From: Amphiscolops sp. MND2022
Taxonomy: Eukaryota
Reading direction: 5' to 3'
Length of the DNA: 64,000 nucleotides
NCBI GenBank assembly: GCA_964187785.1
Contig: OZ076410.1
Coordinates: 95,418,001-95,482,000, forward strand
Positions 39,701 through 51,700 of this stretch are shown here, piece after piece. The notes below the pieces were generated by a model. It did no database searches and was not told the origin of the DNA. It worked only from the letters and a program-made list of their open reading frames with translations. The position numbers were made by a program, and so were the translations under genes. Every line of letters begins with the position of its first letter. The first letter of the stretch is position 1.

Positions 39701-42700
39701 GCTCAGTGGACAAAGATTACCACATGGAGACAGAAGCAACCGGCAACTCCATAGACAGAACTCGCAAAATCCTCAGTCTCTAAATGACACAACAGGATCC
39801 CGCGCAGAACAAAAGACGTCAATTTTGACAGGAAAACCAGTTGACCCAGGCAATCAAATTGCATTAGCAAAAAAGTAATTGGCGAAGAAAAACTTCAATA
39901 CAAAGGGAAAGAAAAGATATTGGCCCAACAATGGTCGCAAATAGTTGTATATATAGTTGTATATAAAGTATGACAGGACCGGTAAATTAATGCACAAGTA
40001 GAAAAATTACATATACCAGTTGAATATCAATCTTCAAATGTTTAAAACATTTTATAGTTCTTTGTTGACTTCAAAAGTTTCCTCATTTTGTTCGCAAGCC
40101 GGAAGTCAGTTGCCACAATGAAAAGCAAGCATTTCAAAAACGTACTGGATAGCAGAGTGGTTCGTAGTTAAAATCTAGTTTACGAGGCCAACAAAAACTA
40201 TATAAAAGCAGAAGAATTAGAAATTGGAACCTTTGGTTTTTTAAACTATTTATGGAAAATTTCGACGCTTCTTGAATTCAAAATTTCGCATTTCCTTCGT
40301 TCCAAAATTCAGCTGTTCAGCTGGGTTGTTTCATTATTCATGCTAATGAAATGAAACAAAAGTTGAAGCAAAACTGCCACAATTTTGTAACGTCCGGCTA
40401 GCGGCGCAAATCTAGGGATTGGGATATTGCCTAAGGTGCTTCTCAGGAGCCCGTTGTCTTACTACAGCCTTAGATATCAGTTTTTCTCCCAAAATGGTCT
40501 CCCAGGGGGACTTTTCATACGTCTAAGGACACTCCTCAGATTAGAGCTCCGAGGCGACGCGCCGGCACTCTCAAAGTCTGGACACGTCCCACAAGCCTGT
40601 AAAAACAATCCTAAAGCTTCCTGCGAGTTCCTACATACTTCCGAGGTCCAAAAACAGGTGTTTAGCTAAAGTGCCTTTTAATTAGATGAATAACTAGATC
40701 CATTCTTGCCATTCTGCTTAACAACTTTCAAAACTATGAAATTAACTGTAAGTAGCACCTTCTGTACTTTTTCGGGGTTTTCAGGGCTTTCTGAACAAAC
40801 TATCGATGGGTTGTACCTCTGTCCTTCGGGTTTTCCAAGACATATTCTGGAAAAGATGGCACCACACTGGGTCTTGGACGATTCTTCTCTGTAGAGTGGC
40901 GTTTTTCGTTTCCAATAAGGTTTCGGGAGGGGGGTCTCTTTGTGTTTTTTTTCTTCTTCGATTTTCAGGGACCTGCCAGGTCGTCCATTTTGAGTGACCA
41001 GGTGCTGGACGTTACATCCACCCCGATCCGTAGTTTGACGTCCTCGTTAAACGAGAGAGGATGCAAAAGTACATACCCAGTGGGTTTTAGCAACATTATT
41101 TCTAATTTTTCCGATATACAATGTTTGCAAAAAGGTCATAAACAATTGCTAGCATCTTTTCGTGGGATTTTTCTGGATAGCATCCACAGAATGTTTTTTG
41201 TTTTATCAAAATCAGTTTTGTTTAAAAATTTCATTCGCCAATCAACTCAATCTAGTTAAAACTACTTTTATAGGATGGGGCTAGAACAACTACAGTGGTT
41301 TGGGTCTTGGTAGCAATGTTTAACTATGAATTTGGAGCGGGAGGGCACCAGTTTGGGGCCCTCCCATTATGTACCAATGAAATTAAATTTAAGCGGCTAT
41401 GGAGTATAGTACGTAGCACTAAACTGAGAAACTAAAATACCACCAACGATTCATCAGCACTTTTACCAAGCAACAGAATTCAATTGCACTTCATATTTGC
41501 AAGCAATAAGTTCTTAGCAGACAGAGTCTGTTTGGCACCCTCACTCAGCTGGTGGATCGTCTGCTAGGCTTTGGATTGCTGCAGGAGCCGCTGGCTCAGA
41601 AAATACAGTTAGATCCGCCGCCATGAAAGGGGACAGGCTTTAGTTGTCAATAGTCAGGAGGTTTTTTAATTCTGACTCGATGTCAGCAGCTTTCATTCGG
41701 GAGATGCCCGTGTCGGGTTTGTCTTGAGCAGGTGTGGCTGCGCCGACATGGTGAAATTGTTGTCGGTCGTCGATTCATCAGGTAGCATTACAGTCGATGT
41801 GTCTTCATTTTCTTCCATGTGGGTCTCTGCTCTGTGTGGCTGACTTATCTTTCGGTGTGTAGGGTGGGAACTGCCAGAGGCAGTCGGCTCGTTTCATTCG
41901 TCTCACCGATCTTGCTTCTCTGGGGGATCTCAGGTAGGCTGTCAGTCAGTTATTGGTGGCCGTAATGCATAAACAGGCTCTTAAGTGTCTGGATTCCTCG
42001 CGCATAATCATCGCCTAACAGCTTCTCGCTTTCCTTTTGCATGCCGTGTAAGGTCAGGAATATTTCCATTGCGACTTGCGGGTTGATAGGGGTTCGGGCA
42101 CTGATTGGCAGAGTTCTCCTGATAGGTTCTCGTGCAGTAGAGGGCACCGTGTCAGGCGTTGGGCTAGTTGGTGAATCGGCAAGTCTACTAGCTCAGGTCG
42201 TGACCAGCATGTAGTGCTTTCCAGGAAGTTGGCGGTATTGACGCGGGGTTCCGCTTGATCGCAGTAAATTCTAGAAGTATCGCATACATACGGGTAGTGT
42301 AGCCCACTGGGCGCCTCACCTTGTTTTCTGCCACCTAACCTCTGGACGACCGTGGTCGGGATCCGCAAGATCACTGGTTCGTCCCAGTCTTCGAAAGAGT
42401 CTACCGCACCAGTGTGCGCGTCTATAGGAACAGGCAGCCTTTCAACCGCTGCAATTCCATCCTGGGCATGGGGAGAGCGCACCGCGCACGTGCCCGGATT
42501 ATCGTCACGAAATTGTGTTCTACCTGTCTCCGGACTTTCATCACTGTACAGGCCATTGGGGCCGCAGGCTGGCAAAGTTCCGCTGTTGGGGCCCTGCTGG
42601 GATCCATTTGCTCTTACGAAGTGCAAAATGGACCCATTTAGGGCATTAGCAGCACCCGGCAGGGTTTGCGTGGGGTATCTTAGGGCCATGACTGCGCCAA

Positions 42701-45700
42701 AGATAGCCATACTAGGGAGGCGATCAGGGGAATCAAATCCTCGGTTTCCACCAGCATGAGGGTGGCTACTCGTGAGGGGAATAAAAAACAAGGAAGGTGG
42801 GTGGGCTACGTGTTGACTGCTGGGTTTTCATCCAGAGGATGCATGATTCCGGCAATGTTGACCCATGTAGAGTAAATCCACACGAGAATGGCTTCGACGT
42901 TGAGGTCCAGTTGTTTTTTTTCAGTTGCAGAAAACCCGCTGGGTCCAAAGCGTCCATGAGCGCGTATAGCCAGTTTTTCTGATTCTGGGAAAACGCTAGG
43001 AAGCTGAGGAAGCACACGCTTCCTTTGTCGAATACCGTCTTTTGCAGGAGGCTGGAGAGTCCTTTGTATACTGCGTTCAGGCCGGCGGCCATCAGATACC
43101 CTTTCCATATCTTCAAAGTACAAGTTTACTTGTTGCTCGTCTAGGTTGTATTCCGCCTGTACCAAATTGGGGAGCCAGAATGGGGAGACGTTATATAGGA
43201 GCACTTTGAACGATATATCGTGTCGCTCTGCGACGTGATTCAATGGTTCGCGTAGTAATTGGTGCCACGTTTGGTAAATTTTTCTCGGTTCCTCTTCATT
43301 GCGGTGTGCCAGGTCCTGAGCCATCACTGCTAATAGTGCTACGGTGGGCGATTCAATTGCAGGTTGTGCGTCGAGGGCCACGGCTGCAATAGGGACACTG
43401 TGGGTTTCGTTGTCTTGCTTGATGCTTTCCGTTATTTTGAACAGGGCTGCTAACTCCTTGTGGAACATTGCCTCATGAGTCTTTTCATCAAGCGTGGAAT
43501 TGTCTTTCCGCTCATACCACAGGTTATCCACCAAGTTCTTACGTTGCAGTTCATTGGGGTCATTTACTTGGCATGTGCCCTGTGATCGGTGCGTTATTTG
43601 TATCCCGGAGTCATGAGCCGTGACTTCGTCGATCAGGGGTTGGGAGTTTCCCTTGTACCCGGTGTAAGCCTGTAAGGCTTCCGACACTTCCGCCAGGAAG
43701 GCGGGATACGACGCTTCACACGGGCGCCATGTCGTTGTGTTGACTCTCAGGGTGGGGACTACAATGTAAAAACTCAAGTTTTCCGTATGCGGCTTCTAGC
43801 ACCAGGTACAGGAACTGCTGTATTGGTCTGGGAAGGTACATGAAATCCGAAGGCGACACAAAGATGATTCCGGTGGCGGAGTTCTTGTTCTTTGTTGTTC
43901 TGGCGATATTCATCATGGTCTCCATGTTACAAATCCTTCAGTGGATCTGACATGTTCTAGCTCGAAGTACTTCAGTGTCCCTCGCAGAGCGAGGTGGTTG
44001 ATTACATTGGAATAGACTACATGGGAGGAAGTGGTATCGTTTCTGTCGCCGCTGGCGTAAAGATCTTATTGGTGACGTCTGCCATCTCGTTGAATGATGT
44101 GCAGGGCATGTTCATCACATTGACATACATTAGGGTGTTGTTGGTGTTATGTGGTCACTTCATTGTCGAGTCTACGAAGGAAGCATTTCTAGTTCTCTGT
44201 AGCAAGTCCTTGCCCATAGGTAACATAGTTACAGGGTCTTTCGCGTAATTCTTGGTCCTCAGTCGTTTCTCATCATACCGGCCAGGTCCCTGTCTGGTCA
44301 ATCGATTCGCCGGTTGCCGGGGCTTCAGTTGTGTGGAGTTATCTTTTTCAAGATCTCTTTTCAGGCGCTCGAACCAAGGTGGGTATCTGTCTAGTGTAAA
44401 CACCGGTTTCTTCATGGGGCGAATGTAGAGTACCCATATGGTTGCCTTCTCAATTGTTCGCTGGGTTGCGGGATCCCCTTTGCTGGTCGTTTCTTCAAAT
44501 TTCTGCTCTAGGGGGTCTGCTTCTTGAGCTGTGGCTGGCACTTTGCGTTGGAGACGCACTGCGTCATTTGCTGTTATATCTAGCTGCTGCATCACGGCCG
44601 AAGTGAGCCATTCCCGCGAGATTCTTTGTCTTCCAGCCCCTGGTTGGGTGGGGAGGGAGCCAATGGTTCCTAGCTTGTGCTCGAGCTCGTCTGGTCTCTC
44701 TGATCTCTGGCTCGCTTGCTCTTGTTGAGTTTTTCTCGCAGGTCTATGTGTGTTTTAGTGGTCTTGTGCTCTAATCGTTGCTGTTCCCGTTGGCGTCCTT
44801 GCAATTGCGGATCCTTCTGGAAATCTATTAGGCTACTGGAAGTGCTTCATGTGGCTTCATCCCCAGTGGAAACGGAGTCAGAACGTCTTAAGAGTCCCGA
44901 AATGTGACCTTTCTAGCAGGGTGATCACCTCTGCTGTCAAATACCGTACTTGGCCTTCGTTCCGAGTGGTATCGTTGGCTGTTGCGTTTACCTGCACAGC
45001 TTCCCCCCTGGAAAGCAGAAGGGAGCATAAAGTTTGATGTCGTCGGCTGTGTTAGCAACCTAATACCCTCAGATGCCAGAGGCTTTGGGGCGTAAGAACT
45101 TGAGCCGGTACTGCTGGTAGGGTACAGCTGAATCGTGGTTGTTCTAGCGAGGGTAGGATATCATAGATTGTCGGTTGCATTGTTGCCGCGGACACTCGAA
45201 GCGATCGTTCTTGGTTCATGGGAGGCCTATTAGGCTCTCCGTACGTTTGGTGAGACCGCCGATCAATGAGGTCGTGCGTTAAGTTGTACCCATACAAGGT
45301 ACCATCGTGGAAGCTGGCGGAGCGCTCTAGTGTTGGTGAATACGACATCTGGATGGGCGGCTTGTGACTGCATTGGGGTGAGAGGGTGAGAGTTTGAGGG
45401 TGCTGGCATTCTGTTTCGCGAGGAAGAATCCATTTTGGATAAATGGGATAGCACCGAAGGAATTGGAGGAGGTGAAAGTTGGTAGGTTGATGGTAGGTAT
45501 GGACGTTGTGCCTTATTGTAGGCCCGCGCAGATGCAAGGCAACACGCTAAAACTGAAAAGAAGGTCACAGATAGGACTAAAAATGGTTGATTACCGATTC
45601 ACGTAAACTGAACAGGACAAGCACATGAGACGTAAGACTAGTGGGTATACCAATCAAGAAAAAAATTTTGACGACGATTCACTACTGTTAAAAACTTCGA

Positions 45701-48700
45701 GTACTGTTTATACTTGAAAAGTGGGAAGGCCACTGGCCTTGGGGTTCTGGGTGATGCAATTTAACTCATGCATATGTCGCTCGACATTATACATGCTGTA
45801 AAGACGTAAATTTGGTCGTGGAGAAGTATTTCGAGATTCAGATCCGTTAAGTGTTTGCGTAACGTGGCATACCAAGATGCTAGCAAGTTGATCGACAGGA
45901 AAGTGTATATAGGAAATTGAATTCTTGTGGTGCGATTTCGGTGGATTCGGTGTATCAAGTTGGTTAGGCACAAATGTAGGGCTTCGTTCGTGCAATAATG
46001 GCTGTTTGTTGGAGGCTCTCGTGCACAACAGGAAAATTTCATTGTCCCAGGGTGCGATGGCGAGTTAACCATGTGTACCGCCGCGCCTACCGCCGGTCTC
46101 AGTCAGAATATTTCTTCTTGTCCATATTCTCAAATTACGTAGCGAGTAGCCGCCGAGTAAGACACTAATTCCTCGGGACAACACAATACTACAGTGCCGG
46201 AGGCCTGCAAGATGTCCGTGTTGGCGTGAGTTATCCATGGCAGAAAGTTCGGTCTACTTCTAACTTGCGTTATCAGCCATTTACTTGAGGCGTTGCTACG
46301 ATCGTTAGTTGGATGAGGCGCTAAATGTTCGAAAAAAGCTCTGCGATCCTGCCATACCGTACGACACAAGGGCCGGTCGCCCGTGTTGGTGCAAGACCAG
46401 TCATGCACGCATGGAGCGTTTTTCGAGCCTCGTTTTTGGTTTTTCGGGCGAATAGGTTTGTTGGACCAGGAAGTGTGTTTTTGCTTGTCGGCAGAAGGCA
46501 ATTGCTATTAACTGCAGCTAATGTTCATTTAAGAATCAAATTAAATGTCCGTTAGGTGAAAGAAAAGGGTGTCGTCAAACTCTACTACCGTGCGCAGGTT
46601 CTCTAGACAAATTAAGAGCGTAGTGGGTGTATTAATGTTGTTTGATCTAAGGAAGTGACCAATTGCCACCAACCTTGGGTGTGTCTGTAAACATCTCCCG
46701 GAGTGGAAAAAACACGGCACCTATCCCACAGCTGGTGTGCGGTTATGCAGCGAATCATTTCCGTTTTGCCCATCTCAGGGTCCGTCTTCCCGAATACCAT
46801 TGAATGTGGTAGAGGTGGTATGACTGCGGATAGCGTGAATTCGAGACCGCCTCGGTCATGTTGCGTCCATTCCTTGAATTGTAATTGGAAATATCTGAGA
46901 GTGAGGTGTTGTGCATTGCTTTTAGCGTGGTTTCCAGTGGTGGTACCACTTCTTGTTCAACGCTAGTGTAGGTTATTTCCACAGTTATGACAACGTCATG
47001 TACCATCGGAGGGGTTCAAGTTCTCGTCGTCGGTCTGAATTGTTAGGATCTTATGTTGAGGGTGTTGTGGCGCTCGCGCAATTGAGAGTTCGCGGGCGGG
47101 AATGGCTGCTCTCCGGGCCAATCGAAGTTCCGGTGGTTCGCTAGCAACTAGTTGGACGGAACTGCAGTTGCGGGAACCACAGGTTCCACACTTGTACCGT
47201 GGTGCCTTCTTTGTTCTCAGCTGGAAGCGTGGCGCGTGCAATGAGGTCACTGTTCAGCGCATTGTTGATTCGGTGACTGACTTCAGGGAATTTCAGGTAG
47301 CGTCATGGCTCTGTCCAGGGATCGTGGGGGAGCTCTCGTACTGGCTATGGTCCCTCGGCCTCTTCTTGGCCGGGTGGCTGGCCCTCTAGATGATGGGTTG
47401 TTCTGCTTGAGGATGTGTTGCTCTCCTTTTTGCGAACAGGTGGTCTGCCTCTTGGTCGACCTTTTCTGTTCGAGTTACTGGGTAGTGCTGGAATTTGGAT
47501 TGGGTTCTCTATTGGCGTCCTGCGGAGGCTCATCGTCTGTAAAGTGTTCAGGACCTTTTGGGCTTCCAGCCCGGACACCGAACAATGGGAAGTTTCTTAG
47601 GGTGTCTTTCAGGGATGGGCACATGCTTCTTCAATCTCTCGAAGTGAACTTTTTGACCAGTGTCTAACACATAGAGGCGTCCGTACTAACTCGTGAATTT
47701 CTTTCCGCCTTACAAGTAGGTGTTCTACAAACTCTTCCCTGGAGTCGAAGCATCGCGCTGCGCACTCAGGGTAGATGAAGGATGATGGCGTTGACTTCTC
47801 TGCCCCATGCTGGAGCATGTAGGGTAAGAATCCCGTAGTCGCGTGTCGAGTTCAGTTGTAGGCGCCTAGGACTCCATCAATGTGTTCATCCCAGTCTTGC
47901 ATCCTGCGCGACGTATAGACTCGGAGTAAGGTGAGTAGCGTCCTGTTCTGTCTCTTTACGAGTCCATTGCCTCTTGGGTGTGCAGGAGTGGATGTCACTT
48001 TCATTACTTGTGACGCTTTCATGAGTTCCTGGGCTATTTCCGCAGTGAAATTCGCAGCATTGTTAAATTGCATACTGGCAGGAGGGCCATGCCTGGCAAA
48101 CCACTTGTTCAGGATGATCTTCGCCGTTGTCTGTGCATCATATTCATTGTAGGCACATGTGACGGCTTCAGCAAACTTCGTGAAATGGTCTATAATGACT
48201 AGAAGTACTGGATTTCCAGATTCGGTGTTGTATAGTTTCAGGTGGTCAAACTGTACCAGGTTGTTGAAGTTGCTACTGTTTGTGCTTTGCAGGGGATAAC
48301 AGGGATTCCCGGCGGGATGTTTGGTCTGTTGACACGTTAAGCAGTGCTTAATTCAGCTCACCACACCTCGTTTGATGCCTGTACTCTCGCTAACACTTTG
48401 CCTACGCCTTGATGTCCCTATTCGTCGTGTGCTCTGTACAAGGTTCCGTGCTGATAGAGTTGTGGCAAGGCTATCATGCATGGACGGCCGTGCAGTGCAC
48501 CCTGTTGTGGGACGTAGTTGACACATAATATGTCGTCCGGATTCATGAAAAGCTAGTCTTTTTCTGCTTATAGTACCGCTTTGCTAAGTCCTGTAAATCC
48601 TCCGGGAACATGGTTCCTCCAAAGGTTCGCTACTCTTGAGCTTCTTCAGCGCCAGAAGATGTACGTCTCGGTTCTGTCGGTGGATCGTCTTGAAGTGGCT

Positions 48701-51700
48701 TTGGTCCAGCCGTGTGATCCAACGGCCGATCTTGGCTTGGTCCATGGAATATGTTTCCAGCCACGACAGAGCTTCGTTGTCTACGAGAAGCGTAAATTCT
48801 TGACCTGCCAGGTACGAATGAAATTTTGCGATGAAGTGGAAGACGGCGTACATTTCCAGCTTCGGTCGAGGAGCCAAAGTGTAGTTGCGTCAGCGTCAGC
48901 GACTTGCTGCCATAGAGGATGGGTCGTAGAACGGTATTCCCATTGTGTTCTTGTTCTTGGTGCAGGATACCAGCTATTTCTACTGCACTGGCATCCGTAT
49001 CCAACACGAATCGTCCTTCCTTACTTGGCGCTGCCAAAGCGGTTGCGTCTTCCAGAGCTTGCTTTTCTGAGTCAAAGTCTTCCTGGTGCCTCTCTTCCCA
49101 ATGGAAGTGGTGGCTCTTTTCCAGTAGTTCCTGCATAGGTTGTACTTTAGCAGCATGGAACGGGATGAAAACTCGGTAGTAACCAGCAAACCCTAGAAAG
49201 CTTTGGAGTTCCTGCTTGTTTCTCGGAGGCATCCATTCTTGGATCTTGATCACAGCTTCGGGGCTGGTTTGATGCATTCGGCTGACACCACTCGTCCCAG
49301 GTATTTGGTTTCCTTGCGCTCACACTTCTCGGTTCGGATCTTGAAGTCTGCCTCTCTGAGACACTCGAACACTTCTCTTATCCTGGCTATGTGAACCTCG
49401 ATGGTCTCCGTTGCAATGACGATGTCGTCAATTTAGGCCGTGATGACACTCACACTGCAGGGCTCTTGTGATTTATCGGTGGAAGGTGGCTGATGCATTG
49501 CATAGACCAATGGGCATGCGCCGCCATTCGAACAAACCTAGCCCTCTTTCCTCTATCACACTTCTTCAGCCGTCCTTCTTCTATCACACTTCTTCAGCGG
49601 TATCTGACGCAAGGCCCAGGCAAAGTCGATACTCGTGAAGATTTTCGCCTTGCCTATCCTCGAGAGGCTTTCATCTATCCTAGGCAAATGGATTGCATCC
49701 TTCACGGTTACGTCATTCAGTGGCCTGAAGTCACAGCAGAAGCGTAGTTCGCCTGTTTTTAGTCGGCGCTTCATGAAGTGAAACGCGACTAATATAGTGA
49801 CTTTTCTTTTTTTTTTTTTCAATCCACACGAACTGACCAAAATAGTTCTTAAAAGTTCTACAAAATATTATGGTGTCAAATAGCACCATTTGGCCTAGCG
49901 AACTGGACCAAAATGAATTTACCTGTTTTTCCGCGTAACATATCATACCGGGCGAGACCAAAGAGTCCCCCCTTTCATTTTTTTTCGGCACTGCGAGACA
50001 TTTTTTTCGGATTTTTTTTTCGAATTTTTTTTTTTCCGCAAAGGGTCCCCCCTGCATTTTTTTGATGTTTTGCGACAGAATGGATGTTGGAAAATCCCAA
50101 AGGGTTCCTCCTTTCAGTTTTTTTCGGCATTGTGAGATTTTCTCCCGAAAATAAAAAAATTTTTTTCTTCAATTTTTTCATGTTTTGCGACAGAATGGAT
50201 GTTGAAAAACCTCAAAGGGTCCCCCTTTTCAGTTTTTCGGCATTGTGAGACGTTAGCGCGCCAGGGGCTCGCGGTAGCGAGCCCCGGCGCGCCACTCGGT
50301 CCATTTTTTTAGTATGTAATTTTTTCAAAAAAAAAATTTTCGAAAAATTTTCGAGTTTCGACTACTGTAAACGAATACTTGACACTTGGAAGTCTTTTTG
50401 CTATTTTTGACTTGGGCCGGTCCCGGCTTGTTTTCTTTACCATGACTGTTCCGCACTTCTTGATTGGCTTTGGTAGCCTTGCCAGGGGACATGCGCCTAG
50501 CACGTTCTCTGCGAGGAATATCTTCTGACTCTAGTTCAATGCGGTGTTTGGATGTTTTGCATCTTACGATGTCAATCTAGTGCTCCATAAAAAAGTCATC
50601 GTACTCATTTATTACGTTCTCTAGTTGGTCCCTCGCCTCTTCCCCCAAAACGGAAAGACAGAAACAGGTTTGGAAAGGCAATTGAATTTAGCAATTTAGG
50701 GTCGGTTCTCTTACGTGTCTCAGTTTTTGGATAAGCCTCCCTCAGACAGCTCAGTAGAAGATAAAAAGTTTGGGCAAACGAACTAAATTGAGAGCTAGTG
50801 TCATTCAAATCAATAGCATGAAAGCGGTTAGTTTGTTCAACAAAAGACGCAGACGCTCCGCCAGGTTGTTCAACAGCAGTTGGTTCAAACACAAAAGTTG
50901 TTAGTTCTGCCTTACCGAGGACAGTCCTACTTTGGATGGTTATGTTTTCATGGCGTGTTTTATTTCTCACGGGTAGAAATACTGTTCCGTTGTCTCCGAC
51001 AAAAGTTCGAGTGTCTTCCGAAACGAATGGACATCGGTTGTGCACACCGCTGGGGTGTATCAAAACATTGCGGAAAAGGTATTCGTTGGGGTTTTGAGTA
51101 ATGACTTGGGCGTTTAAATGGACCTAGCACAACTTTTTCAATAGAAACTACTAAGAGAAGTTCATGGTCACTAAACTCATGGACTGGTTTAAAATGTCGC
51201 GGAGCTTTGGGGTGACCCTCATGGCTGTTAGATCCACCAAAACATTGTAGGTTTGCAGGAAATAGTGCCCTAGTAGGAAATCCTCTGCCCCGAAGTGGTC
51301 AGCGATGACGATGAAGTTTGTTTTCAGCGTGTAGCCCCCCTCAATTGGAAGTTCACATCCTCAGCTATGCCAATGGTATTTATTGATTGCCGTTGGCGGC
51401 GTGTAACTGTATGTCATGCGGCAACAGGCTGAGGGCACAAAGGCAACCACCAAAGTAGGCCCTTTCGAGCTTCCCCTTGTGCGTCCTGCACACCAATGTT
51501 GCAGCATCGCAACTCCTGGTTGACCAAGATACAATCCTTGTGGGAAGTGACCTTCTAGGACCACTATTGCATCGAACTTCATGTCGACGCCATCAATTTT
51601 GATAGCGACTGGGACTGTTGAAATTGTTTTAACTTTCTGAACTGGCGCCAGCTTAGTCTCATCTTCCCTAGCAAAAAGCGCGAGTGGTCTAGCGGCTATC

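Noticed and set aside
45500-45568. Signal peptide MTFFSVLACCLASARA making ORF3 an Env
   Set aside because: It starts at GTG inside the splice polypyrimidine tract, the equivalent region of element A is hydrophilic, and no TM anchor was found.
49950-50260. CRISPR-like repeat-spacer array
   Set aside because: Degenerate MITE subrepeats with related spacers, in a eukaryotic context with no cas genes.
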